Part shown: positions 40,992 to 50,069 of the stretch, in pieces
Layout of the letters: each line of letters opens with the position of its first letter
Numbering within the stretch: position 1 is the first letter of the stretch
Assembly: GCA_039935135.1 (NCBI GenBank)
Contig: JBDTKU010000118.1
Span: 1,234 to 65,233 of the forward strand
Direction of reading: 5' to 3'
Length of the DNA: 64,000 nucleotides
Source of the DNA: Ginsengibacter sp.
GTDB taxonomy: Bacteria > Bacteroidota > Bacteroidia > Chitinophagales > Chitinophagaceae
Program-made: the position numbers and the translations under genes
The notes under the pieces: model-generated
Seen by the model: only the letters and a program-made list of their open reading frames with translations
The model's database searches: none
Told to the model about the DNA's origin: nothing

Positions 40992-42041
40992 ATGATCGCC
41001 GTAAAAGGATATGCAACCAAAGGCCCGAAAGAATTATTGGCGCCTTTTGAATTTGAAAGAAGAGAACTAAAAGAACAGGATGTGTTGATAGATATTTTAT
41101 ATTCCGGCGTTTGTCATTCCGATGTTCACCAGGCACGAAATGAATGGGGAGGAGCAATGTATCCGATGGTACCCGGCCATGAAATTGTCGGAAGAGTTAT
41201 TAAAGTGGGCAGTGTCGTTTCAAAATTTAAAGAAGGTGACCTCGCAGGCGTAGGTGTGATGATAGACAGTTGCCGAGTGTGCAATCCTTGTGAAAACTAC
41301 ATGGAACAATATTGCGTAGAAGGAATGACAGGAACCTATAATGGTTATGAAAGAAACACTAAAACTGTTGCTCATGGAGGCTATAGTACACAGATTGTTA
41401 CTAACGAAAGATGGGTGTATCATATTTCTGAAAAATTGGAATTATCGGGCGTAGCGCCGTTGCTTTGCGCGGGTATCACTACTTATTCTCCACTTAAATT
41501 TGCTGATGTAAAACCCGGTGATAAGGTAGCCGTTGCAGGCCTTGGTGGTTTAGGTCACATGGCGGTAAAATTTGCGGTGGCCATGGGCGCTGATGTTACC
41601 GTGCTCAGCACTTCTTCCTCCAAAGAAAAAGATGCACTAAAACTCGGCGCTCATCATTTTGAATTGAGCACCGACAAAGCGGCAATGAAAAAACTCAACA
41701 GCCATTTTAATGTAATCCTCGATGCCATCAGCGCTGATCATGACTATAAAATATTTCTTGATTTGCTGGACCTTAACGGAAAATTATTGATAGTAGGTTT
41801 GCCAAAAGACAATCCCAAAGTGGATCCTTTTGCTCTTCTGAAAAACCGGCGATCGATCATTGGTTCTATGATTGGCGGCACCAAAGAAACACAGGAAATG
41901 CTTGACTTTTGCGCGGAAAAAAATATTATTGCAGATGTGGAAGTCATCAAAATGCAGGACATCAACGAAGCGTTTGAGCGCATGATAAAAAATGACGTCA
42001 AGTATCGTTTTGTGATTGATATGAGCAGTTTGAAAAATTAA
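40992..42041 (+). CDS. Zn-dependent NAD(P) alcohol dehydrogenase (cinnamyl ADH family)
   Basis: GVCHSD, GHEIVG, structural Zn cysteines, GLGGLGH, DVKYRFVID. Confidence 0.93.
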   Translation: MIAVKGYATKGPKELLAPFEFERRELKEQDVLIDILYSGVCHSDVHQARNEWGGAMYPMVPGHEIVGRVIKVGSVVSKFKEGDLAGVGVMIDSCRVCNPCENYMEQYCVEGMTGTYNGYERNTKTVAHGGYSTQIVTNERWVYHISEKLELSGVAPLLCAGITTYSPLKFADVKPGDKVAVAGLGGLGHMAVKFAVAMGADVTVLSTSSSKEKDALKLGAHHFELSTDKAAMKKLNSHFNVILDAISADHDYKIFLDLLDLNGKLLIVGLPKDNPKVDPFALLKNRRSIIGSMIGGTKETQEMLDFCAEKNIIADVEVIKMQDINEAFERMIKNDVKYRFVIDMSSLKN

Positions 42042-42106
42042 ATCTGAAACACTATTCCAAATATTATATGGGTATCAGGAACTCAAATCTTAAATAAATA
42101 TAAACA

Positions 42107-42799
42107 ATGAGATCAAATTTATTTCTATGCTTATTATCTGTGTCAGTAGTTTTTATTTCTTGCGTTTCTTCTAAAAACACTTTGGACAATCAGCTTTCCA
42201 AAAAAGAAAAGCAGCAAGATTACCAATCATTGTTCGATGGCAAATCGATGGATCAATGGACGGGCGCCACAGATAGTTATCTTCCTGAAAATGGCACCAT
42301 CACCATACATCCGGAAAAGGGCAGCGGAGGAAATCTTTTTACCAAAAAAGAATACAGCGATTTTGATTTTCGATTCGAATTTAAATTGACTCCCGGCGCT
42401 AACAATGGAGTGGGCATCAGGGCTCCCCTTGAAGGTGATGCTGCATACCTTGGAATGGAAATACAAATATTGGATAATGATGCGGAGCAGTATAAAGACC
42501 TTCATACTTATCAGTATCATGGCTCAATATACGGAGTAGTACCAGCAAAGCGAGGCTATTCAAAACCTGTGGGCGAATGGAACACGGAGGAAATAATCGC
42601 AAAGGGCCCCAAAATAAAAGTGATTCTAAACGGTACAGTCATCACCGATGCAGACATTACCGAAGCCCGCGAAAACGGAACCCTGGATGGCAAAGAGCAT
42701 CCCGGTTTGAAACGTGATAATGGACACATCGGTTTTCTGGGCCATGGTTCTGTAGTGGAGTTTAGAAATATTAGGGTTAAGGATTTGACAGTAGAATAG
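42107..42799 (+). CDS. DUF1080 (3-keto-disaccharide hydrolase family) lipoprotein
   Basis: [33 protein letters not shown]. Confidence 0.88.
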   Translation: MRSNLFLCLLSVSVVFISCVSSKNTLDNQLSKKEKQQDYQSLFDGKSMDQWTGATDSYLPENGTITIHPEKGSGGNLFTKKEYSDFDFRFEFKLTPGANNGVGIRAPLEGDAAYLGMEIQILDNDAEQYKDLHTYQYHGSIYGVVPAKRGYSKPVGEWNTEEIIAKGPKIKVILNGTVITDADITEARENGTLDGKEHPGLKRDNGHIGFLGHGSVVEFRNIRVKDLTVE

Positions 42800-42864
42800 G
42801 TTTTTTAATTCTGAATTGTCTTTCAAATAAACAGCGCAAAGACATAATCATTTTCTCCAATTGT

Positions 42865-42898
42865 AAAATAAAAATCCAATTTATTTGTTAGTTTACTA
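42865..42898 (+). repeat. 34-bp dispersed site, copy L
   Basis: AAAATAAAAAT CCAAT TTATTTGTTAGTTTACTA. Confidence 0.9.
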
Positions 42899-42921
42899 TG
42901 TAAAAGCAGAATAAATAAAAA

Positions 42922-43122
42922 ATGCCAATAGCCAGTTATGTCCTTTTTATTATAGGATTATTTTATTTAGTAAAACCGTCTGCCTCTATAAAATCTACGC
43001 CTAAGAAGTTCACCTTTCCACGTAAAATATTATCTCCGAAACAGTATTTATTTTACCGGAGACTTATAGGGATAATGGTTATTTTATTGGGTGTTCTATT
43101 GGCAACGATTTTGAGAAAATAA
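42922..43122 (+). CDS. Small two-TM hypothetical protein
   Basis: 66 aa, two hydrophobic segments, A-rich translation start context. Confidence 0.6.
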   Translation: MPIASYVLFIIGLFYLVKPSASIKSTPKKFTFPRKILSPKQYLFYRRLIGIMVILLGVLLATILRK

Positions 43123-43176
43123 AATCTTGACAGAAGCCCGGAATAATTTTGCAGTTATGATTTTTATTTTTCCATA

Positions 43177-43210
43177 AAAACAAAAATCCTCCTTATAACT
43201 TCGTTTACTA
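43177..43210 (+). repeat. 34-bp dispersed site, copy M
   Basis: AAAACAAAAAT CCTCC TTATAACTTCGTTTACTA. Confidence 0.7.
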
Positions 43211-43337
43211 TCAATCCCTTAATACTATTTCAAACCAGAGAAATAGGATCAAAAATGTCACGCTTGCAAAACATGGCATCAGCACTGGTTTGCAGGCCAT
43301 TTAATAATAATGAAAAGTATAAATCCTGGTTTTCAAA

Positions 43338-44312
43338 TCACTTCGCCGGAGTAATAATTATATTCCTATATAGAATTGGCCCATGATCACCTTGCAACAA
43401 TATAGGGCCAGGTTCGCCTTCATTACTATCGATCGCGCCCCCGGTGATTCCAGGAATTTCCTGGTTGCAAATGATTTTTTTCCCATTCATGAAAACCGTT
43501 ACCATTCTTCCCACCAAAGTAATATCGAAAGATTGCCATTTATCCGCAGCCTGGGATGGCATAGCGGAAGGACTTATAAATCCATAAACGCCACCAAGTA
43601 GATTATCTGCAGGAGCCATTCCTTTGCTGTCCATTACCTGTACTTCATACCTTCCGCGCAAATACACGCCACTGTTGCTTTCTGCCGGATAACGAAATTC
43701 AATATGCAATTTAAAATCATCAAAAGTGCGGTTAGTTACCAGGTTAGACCCTGAATGGGGGCTTTTTAAAATACCATCAGAAACAATCCATTGATTTTTT
43801 CCCATAGCATGCCATTCATTCATGTTTTTTCCATCAAAAAGATGAACAGAAGTTCCCCACTGCGGCTCTTTATCGCGGTCAAGCCTTGGCGCTCTTTTTC
43901 CCACCCAATTATAAGTATTTCCATCGGGCATGGTCATCGTTCCTGAAAGACTGTCGCCCTGTAATGTTCCTTCTACTTTGAGGTCATTAGGATCAGTTTC
44001 CCATTGCGGAGGAATTGAAAAACTCATTCTGCCATTCTCTAAATAAATTCTTGAAATAGGACGTGCACTTCCGCCAGATCCTACAAATCGTCCGACAAGC
44101 GTTTTAAAGCCTGAGTGACGAATTTCCAACCATGAAGGATAAGATTTTCCATTCATATTAATAGTGATATCCCATCTGTCCTGGATGGCAAGTGAATCCG
44201 ATTCACCACTGTGAATATTTTCAGCACTCGCAGCAATTGATAAAAACAAAAACCCGGAGACCAGGAGTAAGCCAACCATTTTTTCTTTAAAAAGGAACAC
44301 ATTTTTTTTCAT
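43338..44312 (-). CDS. DUF1080 domain protein with extra N-terminal domain
   Basis: LFDGK, SNSGVYLRGRYEVQ, GPILLQGDH, YRNI. Confidence 0.88.
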   Translation of the reverse strand: MKKNVFLFKEKMVGLLLVSGFLFLSIAASAENIHSGESDSLAIQDRWDITINMNGKSYPSWLEIRHSGFKTLVGRFVGSGGSARPISRIYLENGRMSFSIPPQWETDPNDLKVEGTLQGDSLSGTMTMPDGNTYNWVGKRAPRLDRDKEPQWGTSVHLFDGKNMNEWHAMGKNQWIVSDGILKSPHSGSNLVTNRTFDDFKLHIEFRYPAESNSGVYLRGRYEVQVMDSKGMAPADNLLGGVYGFISPSAMPSQAADKWQSFDITLVGRMVTVFMNGKKIICNQEIPGITGGAIDSNEGEPGPILLQGDHGPILYRNIIITPAK

Positions 44313-44461
44313 AATCTATTTTGCATTTAATTTTAATCAAATTACTAAAAAATATCTAATCTAAAGAGATTTTAGAGTGCCTAATATTAAATTTTGAAAA
44401 TAATTTCTAAAAATATGGCTTGAAATTATATTCCTAATCAAAAAAGGTTTAATTTTCGCCC

Positions 44462-44522
44462 CAACTCATAAGCAGTTAGTTTTGGTAAAGTGCTCCTGTT
44501 TCTACAGGAGCACTCAATTTTT
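44462..44522 (+). ncRNA. Candidate small RNA ending in an intrinsic terminator
   Basis: CTCATAAGCAGTTAGTTTTGGT then perfect 11-bp stem AGTGCTCCTGT-TTCT-ACAGGAGCACT and T-run, with no + strand CDS upstream to terminate. Confidence 0.45.
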
Positions 44523-44544
44523 AGGCTTTTCAGCAGAAAATACC

Positions 44545-44578
44545 AAGATAAATATCCCTTTTATTTGTTGGTTTACTA
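44545..44578 (+). repeat. 34-bp dispersed site, copy N
   Basis: AAGATAAATAT CCCTT TTATTTGTTGGTTTACTA. Confidence 0.88.
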
Positions 44579-45011
44579 TCAATAAAATTCCCAGGTTCTT
44601 CATAACATAATCGCGTTCTTTTGGGAAATACCTAACCCAAATCCATCCAAAAATGTGGACGCATCATCCTTAATGAATCGAGGAATTTTAGATAAAACTC
44701 CCAATAAAAATATTTTCCTGGCCTCCGTATTATTTAATATGAGATCTTTTTTGTTTTACTCTCAATACATAAAAATTTCCTGCACTCTAATACTATTTTT
44801 CCCCTTTTGGAATATATTTTCTATAAGGTACAAAAAGAATTTAAAGTGAATAACCATCTTCATCTCCCTGCAAAAAATTACATTTCAGCTTATCAAAACC
44901 GTTCAAATTATAATAACCAAACTGATAAACTTGAAAAAAAATTACATATAAGTGAATACATTTTAATATTTCTGATTTAACATTGTATCCTTTTACCGGA
45001 AATTAACTATA

Positions 45012-46451
45012 ATGATCACTCCTAAAAATCCATTATCTATTCTCATAATTGAAGACAATCCAGGGGACTATATGATTCTGGTAGATCTTTTTAAAAGAAT
45101 TGAACTGCCCGTAAAAAAGATCGTTCATTCTGTCAATATGAAAACCGTTTCCTTACTGATCGAAAATACCAATTTCGACTTAGTATTCCTTGACCTTTCA
45201 CTGCCGGATAGCAATGGGGTTGATTCTGTAATTAAAATGAACCGGTTATTACCGCAAACGGCCATTATTTGTTTGTCGGGGCTTTCAGGGGAAGATACCG
45301 CGGTAAAATCAATTAGCCTGGGTGCCCAGGATTATTTAGTAAAAGATGAATTTGATGAAAAATTATTAGCCAAATCCATCCAATATAGCATCGAAAGAAA
45401 AAGAATTATTGAGAATCTGCATGCAAGCCATGAGCGCTTTAAGTTTATAGATAAGGCCACTCTTGACACGACATGGGATTTTAATTTTGAAAATAATACA
45501 GGACAATGGGGCGATGGCATCATACGCACTTTTGGTTATTCTGAGACTGACCTGGAGTTTAAAATAGAAACCTGGAAAAAATGGATTCATCCTGATGATA
45601 GCGCCCGGGTAATCGTCAATCTTAATTATCATATAAAAAATCAAATAAAAAACTGGCAGGATGAATACCGGTTTAAGGCTGCTGATGATTCATATAGAGA
45701 TGTATTTAGCCGGGGATATTTATTGTATAATAACGCGGGAGAGGCCTCCTCTATTTTTGGCTCTACCAGGGATATTACTGAAAGAAAAAAGTTGGAAAGG
45801 GAACTTGCCGAACAGCAGTTAAACCAGCAAAAATTGATCACAGAAACCACGATTCTTGCGCAGGAAAAAGAAAGAAATGAAATAGGAAAAGAATTACACG
45901 ACAACATCAACCAGATATTGGCAACGGTAAAACTTTATCATAGTATGATGAGAACTAACAAAAAAGACGGCGCTGTTTTATTGGCCAAGTCAACAGAATA
46001 TGTAAATGAAGCTATTGAAGAAATCAGGAAATTATCCAAATCGCTTGTGTCGCCTTCTTTGGGCAATATCAGCCTCAGCGAGGCACTCAGCGATCTCACC
46101 GACGAAGTAAACAAAACAAACGTATGCCAGGTAAAGTTTAATTATTACATGTCGGAAACAGAAACGATGGGTAGCAGTAAAGAATTAATGATTTACAGGG
46201 TGGTGCAGGAACAAATAAATAATATAATCAAGCATTCTGAAGCTGAAAATGCCACTATCAATCTAATTAAAAAAGGAAAAAATGTGATATTAACCATAAG
46301 TGACAATGGTGTTGGTTTTGATACGCATCAAAGATCTAAAGGAATCGGCATTCAAAACATCAGGAATCGCGTAGAATTTTATTCAGGGAAACTGGACATT
46401 ATTTCCAGCCCGGGAGAAGGTTGCAAGTTTAAAATCCTCATTCCTTGCTAA
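45012..46451 (+). CDS. Hybrid sensor: receiver + PAS + HisKA_3-type histidine kinase
   Basis: IEDN..FLDLSLPDS receiver, WIHPDD PAS_3, ELHDNINQ H-box, DNGVGF/GIGI ATPase. Confidence 0.92.
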   Translation: MITPKNPLSILIIEDNPGDYMILVDLFKRIELPVKKIVHSVNMKTVSLLIENTNFDLVFLDLSLPDSNGVDSVIKMNRLLPQTAIICLSGLSGEDTAVKSISLGAQDYLVKDEFDEKLLAKSIQYSIERKRIIENLHASHERFKFIDKATLDTTWDFNFENNTGQWGDGIIRTFGYSETDLEFKIETWKKWIHPDDSARVIVNLNYHIKNQIKNWQDEYRFKAADDSYRDVFSRGYLLYNNAGEASSIFGSTRDITERKKLERELAEQQLNQQKLITETTILAQEKERNEIGKELHDNINQILATVKLYHSMMRTNKKDGAVLLAKSTEYVNEAIEEIRKLSKSLVSPSLGNISLSEALSDLTDEVNKTNVCQVKFNYYMSETETMGSSKELMIYRVVQEQINNIIKHSEAENATINLIKKGKNVILTISDNGVGFDTHQRSKGIGIQNIRNRVEFYSGKLDIISSPGEGCKFKILIPC

Positions 46452-46477
46452 TTAATTATTCATTAGCGGCTTTATTA

Positions 46478-46531
46478 AAAATGGAAATCTCTGCTATTTG
46501 CCTGTCTGCCGTCAGGCAGGTTGTTTTACTA
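46478..46531 (+). repeat. 34-bp dispersed site, copy O, interrupted by a 20-bp palindrome (46501-46520)
   Basis: AAAATGGAAAT CTCTG CTATTTG[CCTGTCTGCCGTCAGGCAGG]TTGTTTTACTA. Confidence 0.8.
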
Positions 46532-46632
46532 CCAAATCAACTCAAGTTGCTTTATGAATTTTAACGCCCACGGTTTTTACTCTTAACTTTATACAATGTA
46601 CCTTTGCCGTCCAAAAAAAATTAAGCAAAATA

Positions 46633-47688
46633 ATGGTTGACCTGACGCATTTTGACACAGATTCAGTGGCCAATCCAAATAACGGAATATTCGGGCTTCC
46701 TTTTGAAGAAGAAGATTCAAAATTAATAATCCTGCCAGTGCCATGGGAAGTTACTGTGAGCTATAAAGCAGGAACAGCAAGAGTTTCAGAAAGAATTCAC
46801 CACGCAAGCCTCCAGGTTGATCTTTTCGATGATGACAATCCCGGGGGATGGAAAAAAGGAATCTTTTTGCGTGACGCAAATAAGAATATCCTGATGAAAA
46901 GTGATTACCTACGCAAAGAAGCAGAATTGTATATCAATTACATTACAGAAGGAGAGCAAATTTGTGATAATAAATTCATGCAAAAAGTGATGCGTGAAAT
47001 TAACGAAGGAAGTGAATTCCTAAATAATTGGGTGTATGAACAAACTAAAGAATTGCTGGACAAGGGAAAACTGGTAGCCATTCTCGGAGGCGATCATAGT
47101 TCGCCTTTTGGATATTATAAAGCCCTTGCTGAAAAGCATGGAGAATTTGGAATGTTGCAAATTGACGCCCATTGCGATCTCCGGCCTTCTTACGAAAATC
47201 TTACCTATTCCCACGCATCTATAATGTATAATGCGTTGAATGAAATTCCGCAAATCACAAATCTCGTTCAGACAGGAATAAGGGATTATTCTCCCGGCGA
47301 ATTGGACTATATTAATAAAAGTAACGGTCGGGTTGTAACCTATTTTGATAAAAATATTAAAGAAAGGCTTTATGAAGGCGAAAGCTGGAAACAAATTGTA
47401 GAAGAATTGATCAGTCATCTGCCTCAAAAAGTTTACCTGAGCTTTGATATAGACGGCCTTGATCCTAAATTGTGTCCGAACACCGGAACGCCCGTTGCCG
47501 GAGGATTTGAAGTGCAACAGGTTTATTATTTACTTCGAAAAATACTGGCCAGCGGAAGACAACTAATCGGTTTCGATCTGAATGAAGTAGGTATTAGCCC
47601 CAATGAGTGGGATGAAAATGTAGGCGCAAGAGTCCTCTTTAAATTATGCAATCTGTTGATTGCTTCAAGTGAATCACATGCAATTTGA
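46633..47688 (+). CDS. speB: Agmatinase/ureohydrolase family protein
   Basis: GGDHS, DAHCD, SFDIDGLDP, TGTPVAGG; TACCTTTG promoter at 46599-46606. Confidence 0.85.
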   Translation: MVDLTHFDTDSVANPNNGIFGLPFEEEDSKLIILPVPWEVTVSYKAGTARVSERIHHASLQVDLFDDDNPGGWKKGIFLRDANKNILMKSDYLRKEAELYINYITEGEQICDNKFMQKVMREINEGSEFLNNWVYEQTKELLDKGKLVAILGGDHSSPFGYYKALAEKHGEFGMLQIDAHCDLRPSYENLTYSHASIMYNALNEIPQITNLVQTGIRDYSPGELDYINKSNGRVVTYFDKNIKERLYEGESWKQIVEELISHLPQKVYLSFDIDGLDPKLCPNTGTPVAGGFEVQQVYYLLRKILASGRQLIGFDLNEVGISPNEWDENVGARVLFKLCNLLIASSESHAI

Positions 47689-48238
47689 AATTGTTTTAAA
47701 AAATGAGAAGATAAAATCCTACCGCACCATTGCCCTTATTGTGCTCTTGCTTAACCTTGCAATTTTCACCCTGATGCTATTTTACGACGCATATCGTTAT
47801 CAAGCGGTTTCAGCAATTTTATTAGTGGGTATGTATCTCTTAATGCGTTTGTATTTTATAAAGAAATATCAACAGGGCAATTACCTCGACCAGGTATTAA
47901 TATTTGTACTTGCAGGAGCCTGGTTTGGTTTTCAAAATTATTATATGGTAGGTGCGCTCGCCTTTGTCGGCATTTTTTATCATCTTGCTTTGCAGAAAAC
48001 ACAACTTATTTTTACTCCTGAAAAAGTAATGAAGCTCAATTTTCCTAAAAGAGATTATCAATGGAATGCTTTTAATAATGTGATCATTAAAGACCAAATG
48101 CTAACGCTGGATTTTAAAAATAATCATCTCTTACAGGTTGAGGTGGAAGAACCTAAAAATATAAACGAAAAAGAATTCAATCTATTTGCAGAAGCTCAAC
48201 TTAATCGAAAAAGAGTTTCAGAAATTGAAACGGTTTAA
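47678..48238 (+). CDS. Hypothetical membrane protein
   Basis: Four TM segments then W....NVIIKD..LTLDFKNN; overlaps upstream stop. Confidence 0.75.
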   Translation: MQFEIVLKNEKIKSYRTIALIVLLLNLAIFTLMLFYDAYRYQAVSAILLVGMYLLMRLYFIKKYQQGNYLDQVLIFVLAGAWFGFQNYYMVGALAFVGIFYHLALQKTQLIFTPEKVMKLNFPKRDYQWNAFNNVIIKDQMLTLDFKNNHLLQVEVEEPKNINEKEFNLFAEAQLNRKRVSEIETV

Positions 48239-48261
48239 TTCAATTTAAAAACAATTTTAAA

Positions 48262-49557
48262 ATGAACCATTCTCCTTATTTATTATATTCCGATGGGAAA
48301 GGAAACATCTTTGAAGACACTTCTTTATATGTGTGCGGAAGAAGCGGATGGGATGCTTTTCCCATAGATATTGAAGAGTGGATCGAGCTGCCCGAAGGTG
48401 GTCAATTGTATGAATTGCCCGACAGGCGCGGCGTTGGGATAGACGTTATCACCGGAGAAATGCGCCTCTGCGAAAAAGGATGGGCCGTAGCGGCTTTTAT
48501 TCCACCGGCTTTTACGGGAACCTATCTTGCTGCGTACGAAACCCTGGCTCATGCTGAAACACTTCCCTTATTTTGTTATACTGCTGCGGGATGGCTCGAG
48601 GAAAAGTTTTATGTAACTGCTGTAAGAATTGAAAAGGACATAAGGCAGGAAAGTGCTGGCTTCGATGAAGAAAAAATTAAGGGAGGCGTACAGAATTTAT
48701 TATCTGCGTACAAGCATAACCGTTTGGTTCAACATCTCGCCAACAATTGCTGTCTCACTTATCATTGCCCGGCAGCGCGTAATTTTTTTATGGGAAGATG
48801 GGAATGCCCTGTTCCGAGCTCTCCCGCTTGCAACGCCAATTGCATTGGATGTATTTCCTTTCAGCCACAGGAAGAAAACATCACTTCCACACAAGACAGA
48901 TTGCAGTTTAAACCAACTGCAGAAGAAATCGTAGAATACACCGTTCCCCACCTTGAAACAGCGCCTTTCCCAATCGTTAGTTTCGGACAAGGTTGTGAAG
49001 GTGAGCCATTGTTGATGTGGAAAACCATTGCAGAATCAATAAAAGAAATAAGGAAACATACACAAAAAGGTAGCATCAATATTAATACCAACGGCAGTGA
49101 TCCTGAAGCGGTAAAAGCCCTGTGTGAAGCAGGTTTGAACAGCATCAGGGTTAGTACTAATTCTGCCAGGCAAAAAATTTATACACCTTATTACCGGCCC
49201 AATAATTATCAGTTCGAAGATATCATTGAAAGTTTAAAAATAGTAAACAGTTATGGCGGCTGGACGAGTATTAATTATTTTGTATTTCCAGGAATGACAG
49301 ATAGCGTGGAAGAATATGAGGCGTTAAGAAAACTCATTAAATCAACCGGTTTGAAAATGATTCAGTGGAGAAATTTTAATATTGATCCTGATTGGTATTT
49401 GGGAAAAATCGGTGTGGTTGAAACCGGCGAGTGCATTGGCATCAGGCAAATGATGGATTTATTAGGAGAAGAATTTCCTGATCTGAAATTTGGTTATTTT
49501 AATCCATCCATAGAAAGAATAAATGGAAATTTTGATATGGATTTTGCGCATACTTAA
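48262..49557 (+). CDS. Radical SAM protein of unknown function
   Basis: CNANCIGC, FGQGCEGEP, NTNGS. Confidence 0.92.
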   Translation: MNHSPYLLYSDGKGNIFEDTSLYVCGRSGWDAFPIDIEEWIELPEGGQLYELPDRRGVGIDVITGEMRLCEKGWAVAAFIPPAFTGTYLAAYETLAHAETLPLFCYTAAGWLEEKFYVTAVRIEKDIRQESAGFDEEKIKGGVQNLLSAYKHNRLVQHLANNCCLTYHCPAARNFFMGRWECPVPSSPACNANCIGCISFQPQEENITSTQDRLQFKPTAEEIVEYTVPHLETAPFPIVSFGQGCEGEPLLMWKTIAESIKEIRKHTQKGSININTNGSDPEAVKALCEAGLNSIRVSTNSARQKIYTPYYRPNNYQFEDIIESLKIVNSYGGWTSINYFVFPGMTDSVEEYEALRKLIKSTGLKMIQWRNFNIDPDWYLGKIGVVETGECIGIRQMMDLLGEEFPDLKFGYFNPSIERINGNFDMDFAHT

Positions 49558-49713
49558 AGATAAACAATTCTAAAATCAACTATTTCTCGTCTGCCAATCG
49601 TTTGGCTTTTCTTTCAAAAATTGACCTTGTATTTTTAAAAGGAAAATTATTTCAGATTATTATTTACATTCTATTACAATACTTTTTTCTATCCTTTTTA
49701 TAAAAAATTTTCC

Positions 49714-49863
49714 ATGAGATCCTGAATTTTAAAGACCACTTTTTTATTATTATTGGTGTCAGCCTCTGATACACTGGCATTTGCCAGGGGCCGTTGGGGA
49801 CATAAGCACATTAGCCGCAGCGCTGTGTTTGATTTGCCTAAGGCACTGCAATCTTTTTATTTC
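49714..49863 (+). pseudogene. N-terminal fragment of a Zn-dependent phospholipase C / S1-P1 nuclease-like gene
   Basis: MRS*ILKTTFLLLLVSASDTLAFARGRWGHKHISRSAVFDLPKALQSFYF: signal peptide plus WGxxGH..I.R.AV..LP-like motif, in-frame TGA, rest missing. Confidence 0.65.
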
Positions 49864-49930
49864 AAAAAGGACTATAGGATTAATCCTGTTCATCCCTTAA
49901 AAGCTTATCCAATGATTTGAGATAAAAGCT

Positions 49931-49968
49931 AAGAGGCTGAATCAAATTTTACTTTGAGACAGCCTCTT
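49931..49968. terminator. Hairpin between convergent radical SAM and susD
   Basis: AAGAGGCTG..TCAAA / TTTGA..CAGCCTCTT inverted repeat. Confidence 0.55.
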
Positions 49969-50069
49969 TAATATTCTTGTCAATAAATAAATTCAGAGGT
50001 TTACTATTTCCGATTTGCTGAGAATAATTATAGGATTAACAGCCGGAAATGAATTACCCACAAATACTA

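Noticed and set aside
44655-44849. 64-aa ORF upstream of the hybrid kinase
   Set aside because: GTG start, low-complexity AT-rich sequence, no motif; likely spurious.
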